Positions 10,486-19,783 of a stretch of 64,000 nt of DNA are shown here, in pieces; position 1 is the stretch's first letter; every line of letters begins with the position of its first letter. Source of the DNA: Bacteroidales bacterium (GTDB taxonomy: Bacteria > Bacteroidota > Bacteroidia > Bacteroidales > VadinHA17). A model generated the notes under the pieces. It did not search any database, was not told the origin of the DNA, and saw only the letters and a program-made list of their open reading frames with translations. The position numbers and the translations under genes were made by a program. Location: positions 52,249 through 116,248 of the forward strand of contig JBEKWS010000016.1 in assembly GCA_049512815.1 (NCBI GenBank), read 5' to 3'.

Positions 10486-11455
10486 ACTCAAACATATTTT
10501 CAACAACCATAGAATATAATTCCTCAAGTGATATTCCTGCAGCTTCAGACTGTTTTGGAACCAGACTCTCTTTTGTCATTCCCGGGACAGTATTTATCTC
10601 AAGAAAATAGGGCTTATCCCCGACAACTATGAAATCAACTCTGACAATTCCTTTACATCCAAGAAGATTATAAACGAGCAAACCAATTCTTTGTATCTCA
10701 TTGGTAACGATTAAAGGCATCTCTGCTGGTGTAACTTCGTCTGATTTCCCGGGAGCATATTTTGCCTCATAATCGAAAAATTCATTTTTGCTGATGATCT
10801 CAGTTACAGGTAGAACAATAGATTTGTTTTTTGTTTTTAGTACCCCGCATGCTACCTCTCTGCCATTCATGAAAGCTTCAATTAGCACTTCATTGCTCTC
10901 TTTAAATGCGGTTTCAATAGCAGATAACAATGCACCCTTCTGTTTCACTTTAGTAACACCAAAACTGGAACCACTGTCGTTTGGTTTAACAAAACAAGGT
11001 ATCCCAGTACGTTCAATGATATTGCCAAGATCCAGTTTTTCTCCCTTTCTTATCAGTATCGCATCAGCCATTGCGATCCCATACTCTTTAAGAAAGAGTT
11101 TGCATGCCTGTTTATTAAATGTAAGGGCAGAACAGAATGCACTGCAGCTTGTGTAAGGAATACTCATCATGTCGAAGTACCCCTGAAGCAAACCATTCTC
11201 CCCGGGTGTACCATGAATGGCAATGAATACTCCATCAAATTTTATACGATGTTCGTTATATGTCAGACTAAAATTGTTCTTATCAATAGTATGAAAACGA
11301 CCCAACTGATCTTCCCAGTACCAGTTGGTTCCCTGTATTATGATTATATATACTGTATATTTGGAAGATAAAATTTTACTCACCTCCTCAGCACTCTTTA
11401 CAGATATCTCAAACTCAGAGGAATCACCTCCGGCTGCTATTGCAATCGTCTTCAT
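10484..11455 (-). CDS. ddl: D-alanine--D-alanine ligase
   Basis: GGDSSEFEIS, HGTPGENG, GSSFGV, FFDYEAKY, EINTVPGMT. Confidence 0.95.
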   Translation of the reverse strand: MKTIAIAAGGDSSEFEISVKSAEEVSKILSSKYTVYIIIIQGTNWYWEDQLGRFHTIDKNNFSLTYNEHRIKFDGVFIAIHGTPGENGLLQGYFDMMSIPYTSCSAFCSALTFNKQACKLFLKEYGIAMADAILIRKGEKLDLGNIIERTGIPCFVKPNDSGSSFGVTKVKQKGALLSAIETAFKESNEVLIEAFMNGREVACGVLKTKNKSIVLPVTEIISKNEFFDYEAKYAPGKSDEVTPAEMPLIVTNEIQRIGLLVYNLLGCKGIVRVDFIVVGDKPYFLEINTVPGMTKESLVPKQSEAAGISLEELYSMVVENMFE

Positions 11456-11473
11456 ATTTTGTTAATTAAGGAT

Positions 11474-11481
11474 CAAAATTA
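11474..11481 (-). promoter_or_regulatory. -7 promoter element upstream of ddl
   Basis: Reverse complement TAATTTTG. Confidence 0.5.
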
Positions 11482-11558
11482 GTCATTTTTATAATGTAAA
11501 TTTTTAAAAAACACAGATGAAAATAGTCATTAAGATATCTTTTCATCCTTTTTTATTT

Positions 11559-11696
11559 ATCCCCTGCCCAGCCTTCCCACACGGAGGGGCCGGCTTGACC
11601 GATGGCCAACGCGACAGTCTGGCGCCTTCGCTAAAATTGCCTACCAGGCAATTTTTATACGCTCGGCCCTCCCCTTGGGGGAAAATAAAAGGCGGT
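11559..11696. repeat. REP-like palindromic element (family A) with internal insertion
   Basis: Arms match 30366-30440 (cccctgcccagccttcccacacggag ... ccccttgggggaaaataaaaggcggt), but the central loop holds about 80 extra nt with their own hairpin. Confidence 0.75.
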
Positions 11697-11795
11697 ACAA
11701 ATAATATAAGAAAAAATAAAATCATAAGGTCCGTGAACCTCTTTGTAACAAAAAAATAATATAATTAATAGACATTAAATAACATGCAGATGTAT

Positions 11796-11803
11796 TACCT
11801 TTG
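11796..11803 (+). promoter_or_regulatory. -7 promoter element upstream of lemA
   Basis: TACCTTTG. Confidence 0.6.
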
Positions 11804-11828
11804 ATGGAAATTTTAAAAAAATATAAAA

Positions 11829-12431
11829 ATGAAAAGAGGTTGTCTTATTTCGATTATAGTAGTTGCTTTTCTGGCACTCATTGTTTTAGCCGTAGTTCTT
11901 TGGGGCACAAAAGTTTATAATGGTATGGTCACTATGCAGGAGACCGTTACCAGTCAATGGGGCAATGTTGAAACATCATACCAGCGCAGATCAGACCTTA
12001 TTCCCAATTTTGTCAATACTGTCAAGGGAGCTGCCAACTTTGAACAAACTACTCTTACACAGGTTATTGAAGCCAGATCAAAAGCTACATCAGTTACAAT
12101 TGATCCTACCAAGATGACGGCAGAAAATATGCAACAGTTCCAACAGGCCCAGGGACAGTTATCTTCAGCATTATCAAGATTGATGGTCGTTGTTGAACAG
12201 TATCCCGAACTTAAAGCAACACAGAATTTCAGAGATCTGCAGGTAACTCTTGAAGGGACTGAGAACAGGATTTCAGTAGAAAGAAGAAAATTCAATGAAG
12301 TGGCCCTTACCTACAATACCTATATCAGAAGATTTCCTCAGAGTTTTCTTGCAGGTATATTTGGATTCCATATCAAACCTTATTTTGAGGCTGAAAAAGG
12401 TGCTGAAAAAGCCCCGGAAGTTAAATTCTAA
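11829..12431 (+). CDS. lemA: LemA family protein
   Basis: N-terminal TM; YQRRSDLIPN, EQYPELKA, LEGTENRISVERRKFN. Confidence 0.95.
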   Translation: MKRGCLISIIVVAFLALIVLAVVLWGTKVYNGMVTMQETVTSQWGNVETSYQRRSDLIPNFVNTVKGAANFEQTTLTQVIEARSKATSVTIDPTKMTAENMQQFQQAQGQLSSALSRLMVVVEQYPELKATQNFRDLQVTLEGTENRISVERRKFNEVALTYNTYIRRFPQSFLAGIFGFHIKPYFEAEKGAEKAPEVKF

Positions 12432-12451
12432 ATTTAATTCACAGACTATTA

Positions 12452-12895
12452 ATGAAAGCTTCATCGTTCTTTTCGAAAGAACAACAGGCTCAGATTCTTG
12501 CATCTGTCAGGGAGGCTGAGTTGGAAACTTCAGGTGAAATCAGGGTACACATCGAAACTTCACTGAAAGGAGATGTTCTCGACAGAGCAGCCTGGCTGTT
12601 CAAAAAGATGGGGATGCATAAGACTGCTGAACGCAATGGTGTTTTGTTTTATCTTGCTGTGAACGACAAAAAGTTTGCAATAATTGGTGATGCAGGGATA
12701 AATGCAAAAGTTCATGCCGGTTTTTGGGATGATATAAGCGAACTGCTTAAGAAGAATTTCAAAGAAGGTAAATTCGCAGAAGGCCTGTCAGAAGGAATTT
12801 TACTGGCAGGGGAACACCTTAAAATTCATTTTCCTCATAGTAAGGATGATATAAACGAATTGCCCGATGAAATTTCATTTGATAAAATAAAATAA
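12452..12895 (+). CDS. TPM domain protein (short)
   Basis: AELETSGEIRVHIE, RNGVLFY, IIGDAGIN, NELPDEISF. Confidence 0.9.
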   Translation: MKASSFFSKEQQAQILASVREAELETSGEIRVHIETSLKGDVLDRAAWLFKKMGMHKTAERNGVLFYLAVNDKKFAIIGDAGINAKVHAGFWDDISELLKKNFKEGKFAEGLSEGILLAGEHLKIHFPHSKDDINELPDEISFDKIK

Positions 12896-12911
12896 AAGGG
12901 GAGTAACAACA

Positions 12912-13724
12912 ATGATAAAAAAAAGTTTGTATTTGCTGACCCTCTCGTTATTATTTTGCACAATCTCGATAGACAGTGTTTTTTCACAGAATATTCCGGA
13001 ACGACCTGTTCCTCCCAGGCTAGTAAACGATTTTGCCGGAATGCTTAAAGCAGAAGAAGTAAGTATGCTCGAACAAAAGCTCGTTGCTTTTAACGATTCT
13101 ACTTCTACTCAGATCGCTATTGTTATCGTTCCTTCACTCGGTGGATATGATAAAGCGGATTATGCACAGCGGCTTGGAGAGAAATGGGGTGTCGGTCTGA
13201 AAGGCCGGAATAATGGTGTACTCATATTGGTTAAGCCAAGAACAGCTGATTCAAGAGGCGAAGTACAGATTACAACAGGTTATGGCGTTGAAGGACCTAT
13301 TACCGATATTACATGCGGTGAAATAGTTGATCGTGAAATTCTCCCTGCCTTTAGAAATGGAGATTATTACAGAGGATTAAACAAAGCCACAAGTACTCTG
13401 ATGTCATTGGCAAGAAGAGAGTTTTCAGCAGCTGAGTATGGTCAGAATGCAAAAAAAAGTACTGGTAAAAATATTCCCTTCGGACTTATTATATTTATTG
13501 TATTCATCATTATATTGATGATTTCCAGGGGTTCGGGAGGTTCGAATAATAAACATATCAGTACCGGAGGATTGCCATTCTGGATGCTTATGGGTATGAT
13601 GAATTCAGGAAGAGGTTCAAGCGGAAGCTGGGGCGGATTTTCAGGAGGAGGCGGAGGAGGAGGCGGCTTCGGCGGTTTTGGTGGTGGCAGTTTTGGTGGC
13701 GGTGGCGCAGGTGGAAGCTGGTAG
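12912..13724 (+). CDS. TPM domain membrane protein with Gly-rich tail (YgcG-like)
   Basis: VNDFAGML, WGVG..NNGVLIL, TGYGVEG, TM helix, GGGSFGGGGAGGSW. Confidence 0.9.
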   Translation: MIKKSLYLLTLSLLFCTISIDSVFSQNIPERPVPPRLVNDFAGMLKAEEVSMLEQKLVAFNDSTSTQIAIVIVPSLGGYDKADYAQRLGEKWGVGLKGRNNGVLILVKPRTADSRGEVQITTGYGVEGPITDITCGEIVDREILPAFRNGDYYRGLNKATSTLMSLARREFSAAEYGQNAKKSTGKNIPFGLIIFIVFIIILMISRGSGGSNNKHISTGGLPFWMLMGMMNSGRGSSGSWGGFSGGGGGGGGFGGFGGGSFGGGGAGGSW

Positions 13725-13729
13725 ATTTT

Positions 13730-13825
13730 AGCACAGAACCCAGAGCATAGAGCACTGGGTAAAATAGAAGAATTTAGTGGGATATGTTTTTTCCTGCGCT
13801 GTGTCCCACGTCCTGTACCCTGTGC
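13730..13825. repeat. Inverted degenerate 7-mer arrays between convergent genes
   Basis: agcacag aacccag agcatag agcactg ... cctgcgc tgtgtcc cacgtcc tgtaccc tgtgc. Confidence 0.6.
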
Positions 13826-13833
13826 AATGTATA

Positions 13834-14868
13834 TTATTTTTCTGTATCCCTGCCTGAAATATATTTTCTCCACTTTTCAATTACCCGCACCATATCATCA
13901 GGAAGACTGGAGTCGAAGGATAGCCTTTCCCCGGTAACAGGATGGTCGAATGCCAGAGATTTTGCGTGCAGTGCATGACGTGGCAGAATCTTAAAACAAT
14001 TCTTTATAAATTGCTGATATTTAGTAAATGTAGTTCCTTTAAGTATCTGATCTCCACCATATTCTTCATCGTTAAACAATGGATGTTTTATATAGCTGAA
14101 ATGAACTCTGATCTGATGTGTTCGTCCGGTTTCAAGCTTACATTCAATAAGTGAAATATAACCCAGATCCTCAAGAACCTTATAGTGAGTTATAGCAGTT
14201 TTACCCTCAGTATCATCCTTAAAAACCTGCATTATCTTCCTGTCTTTTATATTTCTGCCGACATTCCCGGTAATGGTCCCTTCCGGTGGATCCGGTACTC
14301 CCCATACAAGCGCGTTATATCGCCTATCAGTTGTCCGGTCAAAAAACTGTTTTGAGAGCCTGTTAAGGGCAAATTCATTTTTGGCGATAACAAGAATCCC
14401 GGAAGTATTTTTATCTAACCTGTGAACCAATCCCGGCCTGCTCTCACCGGTATTAAAAAGGGGAAGATCCCTGAAGTGCCACATCAATGCATTTACAAGA
14501 GTTCCTCTATAGTTCCCGTAGGCCGGATGTACCACCATACCAGGCTCTTTGTTAACCACAAGTACATCATCATCTTCATGGACTATATTCAAAGGAATGT
14601 TTTCAGGAATAAGTTCAATTTCTCTGGGAGGTGTTGGCAAAACCACCTGAATGATGTCTCCGGGTTTAACTTTATAGTTCGGCTTAACCGGATTATTATT
14701 AACCAGAATATTACCGGCACTGGCAGCATTCTGAATTCGTGTTCTGGACGAGTTCTCCAGTCTGTCAGAAAGAAATTTATCTATCCTCAGATGCGACTGA
14801 CCAGGATCTGCTTTAAACCGGTAATGTTCAAATAGCTCTTGCTGATCAGCTGATTCTTCTTCTGCCAT
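13834..14868 (-). CDS. rluD: RluA-family 23S rRNA pseudouridine synthase with S4 domain
   Basis: RIDKFL S4 domain, NKEPGMVVHP, HRLDKNTSG, TGRTHQIRVH. Confidence 0.9.
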   Translation of the reverse strand: MAEEESADQQELFEHYRFKADPGQSHLRIDKFLSDRLENSSRTRIQNAASAGNILVNNNPVKPNYKVKPGDIIQVVLPTPPREIELIPENIPLNIVHEDDDVLVVNKEPGMVVHPAYGNYRGTLVNALMWHFRDLPLFNTGESRPGLVHRLDKNTSGILVIAKNEFALNRLSKQFFDRTTDRRYNALVWGVPDPPEGTITGNVGRNIKDRKIMQVFKDDTEGKTAITHYKVLEDLGYISLIECKLETGRTHQIRVHFSYIKHPLFNDEEYGGDQILKGTTFTKYQQFIKNCFKILPRHALHAKSLAFDHPVTGERLSFDSSLPDDMVRVIEKWRKYISGRDTEK

Positions 14869-14875
14869 TTTCTGA

Positions 14876-16735
14876 TTACCTTGATTTGATTAACCGGTTA
14901 TAACCTACAGGACGACCATCAATACTTGTTACTATGAAGTAAATTCCCTCATGAAGGGAAGAGATATCAACCCGATTACTATAGGGAACTTTTATCAGTT
15001 CACGTCCATAGATGTCACTAACTGTTATATAAGATAATCCTGACATAAGTGTTTCTCCGGAATCAATATTGATATAATCAGTTGCAGGATTAGGCCAAAT
15101 GGTTATGATGTTTTTATTCCCGTGATAGAAAATGTCATTAATTGAAGTTACTATAAGGGGAGCTCCGACAACAGGCCTTATCATTATGCTACCCAGAACC
15201 TGAGTTGGGTTCCATTCACCATTCAACCAGTAGAATTGTTTACCAGACTGAGGTGTATTAACATCGAGGCCTACATTCAGGAATGTCTCAGAAGTCTGCT
15301 TCCAGCCGACATAAAATATACTATTTACCATAACACCTTCAGGGATAGTGTATTCATAAAAACCGTTAATAACATTACCCTGTTCGACCATAACATCTTG
15401 CTTTGAATATATGACATTACCCGGAACCCCGTTATTATTGTCCCAGACCATCAGATCAAACGATCTTTTATTAGCCTCTAAGTAGCTGTCGTTGAAACAT
15501 ATACGTATGGCTCTCAATGTATCCTGGATGTAAGATTCAAATCTGTAGGCTACCATTGCGTTTCTTGAGCCTAAACCGTTTATTCCATATCCTGCTTCGG
15601 ATGACCCATCGTCAAATGCAAAATAGTTTTTAAAAATCTGATAATAGACAATTGTATCGTTTCCTTTTGGGTCGAAATTATCAGTTTTAAGAGAGCTCGT
15701 AATCCTGAAAAGTGCGGAATCATTGTTCGCGGTATTGAATGTATAGACTAAATTTGCATTATAATCTATATTAGTCAAAGGGCTTATATTAGTTGCTCCT
15801 GCAGAGAAAGAATAAGCCTGAGAATTTTCGTAAACATCCCATATTTCGAAATTACGGGTAACATTTCTTGTTATTGAATCGTTGTTCCGGTAATGAACAA
15901 GTATTGATGATCCCATTTCCTGAAGATAGACCTGCATGAATTGTTTCCAGGGCATAGACTCATGACTCTTTAACAGGGAACGGACCGGAAGGGTAAATGC
16001 CACATCGGCAAAAACTGTATCAGCTGCATTTCTGTTTTTATCAAGGAGAACATAATCAAGATTCCAGATATCACAATTTCCTACCATTGATGGATCGCTC
16101 AGATTTGGGCTGAGGCTTGCATAATTAATGAACCGGAACTGAAAATCTTCTTTAAGAAAGTTGTCTTTATCAATCTTTATGATTACCGGTTTAAATCTTT
16201 GATCGAGATTGCCCACAGCTTTCCATACCGAATACCATTTGTTTTCTTCAGGTGCAAAGAACTGAAGAGTCAGACTGTCATTCACTTCAGGCGGATCACC
16301 AAGACCACCTGCCTGATAAAAGAAACTTAGCCAGACATTATCTGATGCGCTATAATTAAGATTTATGGGTTGAGAAGTGAGATGATCGGCTTCAAATCCA
16401 GATGAAGAAGCTGCCGCATACATTCTGCCCGTATTGTCCAAGGCATCGAAAGTAGCGATTCCTTTAGTGATCTGGCGATCTGAGTAGGTATTGTTGATGA
16501 ACACAAAATTGTCTGTCCAGTTTTTACTGTCCGGGAATACAGATTGACCCGAAAAATCATCAAAAAATGGAAGCCCGAGTGTATCACTGACAGTTAAACG
16601 CTTGTTTTTTTCAAGTTTGTTCCAGGCATTCGAAATACTTGTATTTGATTGCAGGCCTGTGACTACCTCTTGTGCAGGTGAATTGACCAGACATTCATTG
16701 ATAAGAATTACATATAGGATTATCTTTTTGAGCAT
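14876..16735 (-). CDS. T9SS type A C-terminal sorting domain protein
   Basis: LPFFDDFS N-terminus; C-terminal IWPNPATD...DIYGR...GIYF...IK CTD. Confidence 0.8.
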   Translation of the reverse strand: MLKKIILYVILINECLVNSPAQEVVTGLQSNTSISNAWNKLEKNKRLTVSDTLGLPFFDDFSGQSVFPDSKNWTDNFVFINNTYSDRQITKGIATFDALDNTGRMYAAASSSGFEADHLTSQPINLNYSASDNVWLSFFYQAGGLGDPPEVNDSLTLQFFAPEENKWYSVWKAVGNLDQRFKPVIIKIDKDNFLKEDFQFRFINYASLSPNLSDPSMVGNCDIWNLDYVLLDKNRNAADTVFADVAFTLPVRSLLKSHESMPWKQFMQVYLQEMGSSILVHYRNNDSITRNVTRNFEIWDVYENSQAYSFSAGATNISPLTNIDYNANLVYTFNTANNDSALFRITSSLKTDNFDPKGNDTIVYYQIFKNYFAFDDGSSEAGYGINGLGSRNAMVAYRFESYIQDTLRAIRICFNDSYLEANKRSFDLMVWDNNNGVPGNVIYSKQDVMVEQGNVINGFYEYTIPEGVMVNSIFYVGWKQTSETFLNVGLDVNTPQSGKQFYWLNGEWNPTQVLGSIMIRPVVGAPLIVTSINDIFYHGNKNIITIWPNPATDYINIDSGETLMSGLSYITVSDIYGRELIKVPYSNRVDISSLHEGIYFIVTSIDGRPVGYNRLIKSR

Positions 16736-16740
16736 TGCGA

Positions 16741-17592
16741 TCAGTTAGACTGATTGTCTAAAACTTTAATAGCAGGGATTGTATCTGAAACAATTTTGGC
16801 AGAACTTATCTTCAGTTTTACTGAATCAACTGTAAGCCACAGGTATATTGCAGATCCCAGTTGAAGACTTGCATCATCTCTGAATTCCGGATTCTGTTTA
16901 TAGACAAAAGCATTAAGAGTATCTGCTCCGTTAACAATAGTATTGTCATAAACATAAGTACCGAGATTAAGTGATGAGACAAAAATTTTATTTTTTGCAG
17001 GATCAAGATGCATCCCCAGCAGATCAGGGACAGGCGTACGCTGGTTACTCAATCCTTTTCCAAGTACCAGGTCAATCACAGAACCCTTCTGCAGAGAATC
17101 TCCTTCAGCAATCTTTTTTCCGTTATATAGTTGGTCGATAACAACATCAATTGAGAGATCGGGTTTGTATCTTAAAAGTCCGATTTCAAGACCCGAACTC
17201 TCTATAAGTAAGATTGCCTGCCTTTTTGGAAGATCAATAAGATTTGGCATTGCCACCATTTCAGGGTGAAAGGCATTGATTGTGAGAACAATATTTCTCC
17301 ATTTTTTCACTTTGAATCCTGGTTTAGGATTCTGTTCTGCAACACACCCACGTGGAACAATTGTTGAGTATATTGAATCAATTACCTGATAACGTAGCCT
17401 GCTCTTTTTTGCGAGTTTTGCAGTCTGTTCCATTGTAAGTCCTGAGAAATCCGGAACAGGCCGTGCCTGGCCGTGTCTTGTATAAAAATTCATCCAGACA
17501 AGTAACATCATTACCACTCCGACGACAACGATTATAGAAATACCGAGATTCTTTAGAAATACTTTGCTTAGGATAAAGTTTTTTAAGCTCAT
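16741..17592 (-). CDS. PASTA domain-containing membrane protein
   Basis: N-terminal TM, YTRHG, three VPD/MPN-type PASTA repeats (QNPKPG). Confidence 0.88.
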   Translation of the reverse strand: MSLKNFILSKVFLKNLGISIIVVVGVVMMLLVWMNFYTRHGQARPVPDFSGLTMEQTAKLAKKSRLRYQVIDSIYSTIVPRGCVAEQNPKPGFKVKKWRNIVLTINAFHPEMVAMPNLIDLPKRQAILLIESSGLEIGLLRYKPDLSIDVVIDQLYNGKKIAEGDSLQKGSVIDLVLGKGLSNQRTPVPDLLGMHLDPAKNKIFVSSLNLGTYVYDNTIVNGADTLNAFVYKQNPEFRDDASLQLGSAIYLWLTVDSVKLKISSAKIVSDTIPAIKVLDNQSN

Positions 17593-17620
17593 ACTGGCAG
17601 ATTAAACATTAGTAATAACG

Positions 17621-17628
17621 CAAAGGTA
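17621..17628 (-). promoter_or_regulatory. -7 promoter element upstream of the PASTA gene
   Basis: Reverse complement TACCTTTG. Confidence 0.6.
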
Positions 17629-17660
17629 CTGATAAAATTATAAGATAAGATGCTGGGATT

Positions 17661-18782
17661 CTAAACTGATGAGGTTGGGTGGTAAATGGGATTATAGAGT
17701 GAATCTCTTTCTACAGGGAAGAACCCTGCCTGGCGTATCAATGTGCAAATTTCTTCTTTGCTCATTGCCGGATTTTCTTCTTTTGAACCGGCCATAGAAT
17801 AGATTCTTGTTGTATCGTCTATTGTTCCATCCATATCATCTGCTCCAAAAGAGAGTGACAACTGGGCGCTTTCCTTACCGGTCATTGGCCAGTATGCTTT
17901 GATATGTGGAAAATTATCAAGAAAAATTCTTGAGACTGCATAGTTTCGCAGATCTTCAATTGTATTTACTTCACCCAGGTATGACATACTGTTGTTCGAC
18001 TTCTTATATTTCAGAGGAATGAAGGCATTAAATCCTCCTGTCTTGTCCTGAAGAGTGCGAAGTCTTTCGAGGTGATCAATGCGGTGTGTGTAGGTTTCTA
18101 GATGGCCATACAGCATTGTGGCATTTGATGGAATTCCAAGCCTGTGAGCTGTTTCATGTATTCTAAGCCATAATGTTGATGATGATTTTTCTTCACATAT
18201 TATTTTTCTGAGCTCTTCATCGAATATTTCAGCACCACCACCCGGAATAGAATCAAGACCGTAGGCTTTTAGAAGCGCTAGTCCTTCTTCTATTGTACAG
18301 TTTGCCCTAGTAATCATGTAGTCAAGTTCAATTGCTGAAAAAGCCTTTATATGAAGGGAAGGACGATGTTCTTTTATCTTTTTTATTAGTGAACCCCAAT
18401 AATGAAGGTCATAAGAGGGATGCACACCACCAACAATATGGACTTCAGTAACATCCATATTGTCAAAGCGTTTGACAATATTTAGCATCTCTTCATGACT
18501 GTACTCCCAACTTTCCGGATCTCCATCTGGCTTATGATATGAACAAAATCTGCAATTGTATATGCATTTATTAGTTGGTTCAATGTGAAAATTATGGTTG
18601 AAGTAAGCAAAATTCCCGTTATGTTTTCTTCTGACAATTCCGGCAAGAAGACCAAGCAGAGCCAGATCGGCTTTTTTAAATAGCAATATACCATCTTCAG
18701 TGGTGACACGGACATTGTTGATTATCTTATCTGCAATCAGTTTGAGATCTTTATCATTAATATGGGTCAAAAGTTCGTTCAT
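17661..18782 (-). CDS. mqnE: Radical SAM CofH/MqnC/MqnE family, most like aminofutalosine synthase
   Basis: CIYNCRFC (CxxxCxxC), EVHIVGG, PGGGAEIF, NATMLYGH, HIKAYWPM, IYSMAG. Confidence 0.8.
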   Translation of the reverse strand: MNELLTHINDKDLKLIADKIINNVRVTTEDGILLFKKADLALLGLLAGIVRRKHNGNFAYFNHNFHIEPTNKCIYNCRFCSYHKPDGDPESWEYSHEEMLNIVKRFDNMDVTEVHIVGGVHPSYDLHYWGSLIKKIKEHRPSLHIKAFSAIELDYMITRANCTIEEGLALLKAYGLDSIPGGGAEIFDEELRKIICEEKSSSTLWLRIHETAHRLGIPSNATMLYGHLETYTHRIDHLERLRTLQDKTGGFNAFIPLKYKKSNNSMSYLGEVNTIEDLRNYAVSRIFLDNFPHIKAYWPMTGKESAQLSLSFGADDMDGTIDDTTRIYSMAGSKEENPAMSKEEICTLIRQAGFFPVERDSLYNPIYHPTSSV

Positions 18783-18851
18783 AATCAGGATTAGGAGTCT
18801 GTAAAGTTAAGAATAATAGAAAAGGATTTCGAATCATGATAAGTAACAAAC

Positions 18852-18881
18852 AAAAAAGGTGCCTTATTAAAAGACACCTTT
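18852..18881 (-). terminator. Rho-independent terminator of rpmH
   Basis: Minus strand aaaggtgtctt-loop-aaggcacctttttt. Confidence 0.7.
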
Positions 18882-18904
18882 ATTCAGATAATGTATATTG
18901 TTTA

Positions 18905-19063
18905 TTATCCTTTTAATTTAAGCTCAGGTGAAGCTGAGAGTTTCTTTCTGCCTTTTGCTCTGCGTGAAGCAAGAACTCTTCTACCGTTAGGAGTTGACAT
19001 TCTTTCCCTGAAACCATGCTTATTTGCTCTTTTCCTTCTTGATGGCTGAAATGTCCTTTTCAT
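18905..19063 (-). CDS. rpmH: 50S ribosomal protein L34 (absent from ORF track)
   Basis: Manual translation [52 protein letters not shown]. Confidence 0.97.
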   Translation of the reverse strand: MKRTFQPSRRKRANKHGFRERMSTPNGRRVLASRRAKGRKKLSASPELKLKG

Positions 19064-19103
19064 CTTTTCAATTATGTATGTACTATTGTCTGATTTGAAA
19101 CTG

Positions 19104-19111
19104 CAAATGTA
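19104..19111 (-). promoter_or_regulatory. -7 promoter element upstream of rpmH
   Basis: Reverse complement TACATTTG. Confidence 0.6.
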
Positions 19112-19159
19112 GCACTTTTTTGAAATATAAAAACCCGTAAGGTGTTTTTTTCAAAAAAA

Positions 19160-19783
19160 TCAAACAGGCAGATATACAATCATTTTAGTTTCAAAAAATG
19201 GTTCATCAAAAAAGTCTTTAATTCTCCACACTTTTACTCTGTTCTTAAACCGGGCCAGCTCTATTGTCAGATCTCCTCCTTTAAGGTATAAGATACCATT
19301 ACCCAGGCTGTTTGTCCCGGACTTACAGATGTTTTTTGCAGTTAGACTTACAAATTCAGGGAACCCTGTAACGGCCCTGCTTATGACGAAATGATAATTA
19401 CCTTTTTCTTCTTCAAACCTTTTGCGTAGTGGGATCACATTTTTTAACCCAAGTTCATCAGAAATTGCAGTAACCACTTTAATCTTTTTTTCAATTGAGT
19501 CGAGAAGAGTGAATTCAGAATCGGGAAATAAAATAGCCAGGGGTATCCCGGGGAACCCTCCTCCTGTTCCTACATCTATGATTCTGGTGCCTGGTAAAAA
19601 GGTAATGATCTTTGCAATTGACAATGAATGAAGAACATGATGAATAAAAAAATTATCCATATCCTTCCTGGATATTACATTAATCAGACTGTTCCATCTT
19701 TCGTATATCAGGTTCAGGTTCGACAATTTCTCTTTCTGAATGTCGGACAATAACGGGAAATACTTAAAAATTCTTTCTGACAC
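19160..19783 (-). CDS. rsmG: 16S rRNA m7G527 methyltransferase
   Basis: WNSLINVISRKD, HVLHSL, DVGTGGGFPGIPLAI, SRAV, LKGGD. Confidence 0.95.
   Translation of the reverse strand: MSERIFKYFPLLSDIQKEKLSNLNLIYERWNSLINVISRKDMDNFFIHHVLHSLSIAKIITFLPGTRIIDVGTGGGFPGIPLAILFPDSEFTLLDSIEKKIKVVTAISDELGLKNVIPLRKRFEEEKGNYHFVISRAVTGFPEFVSLTAKNICKSGTNSLGNGILYLKGGDLTIELARFKNRVKVWRIKDFFDEPFFETKMIVYLPV

Noticed and set aside
11517-11759. 80-aa and 60-aa ORFs in the ddl/lemA intergenic region
   Set aside because: Open frames arise from the GC-rich palindromic repeat; no protein features. The same applies to 30290-30481 and 37633-37836.
13442-13873. Pro-rich 143-aa ORF on the minus strand
   Set aside because: Antisense shadow of the Gly-rich TPM tail.
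18905-19783. rpmH next to rsmG suggesting the oriC region
   Set aside because: No dnaA, rnpA, yidC or mnmG and no DnaA-box cluster nearby.
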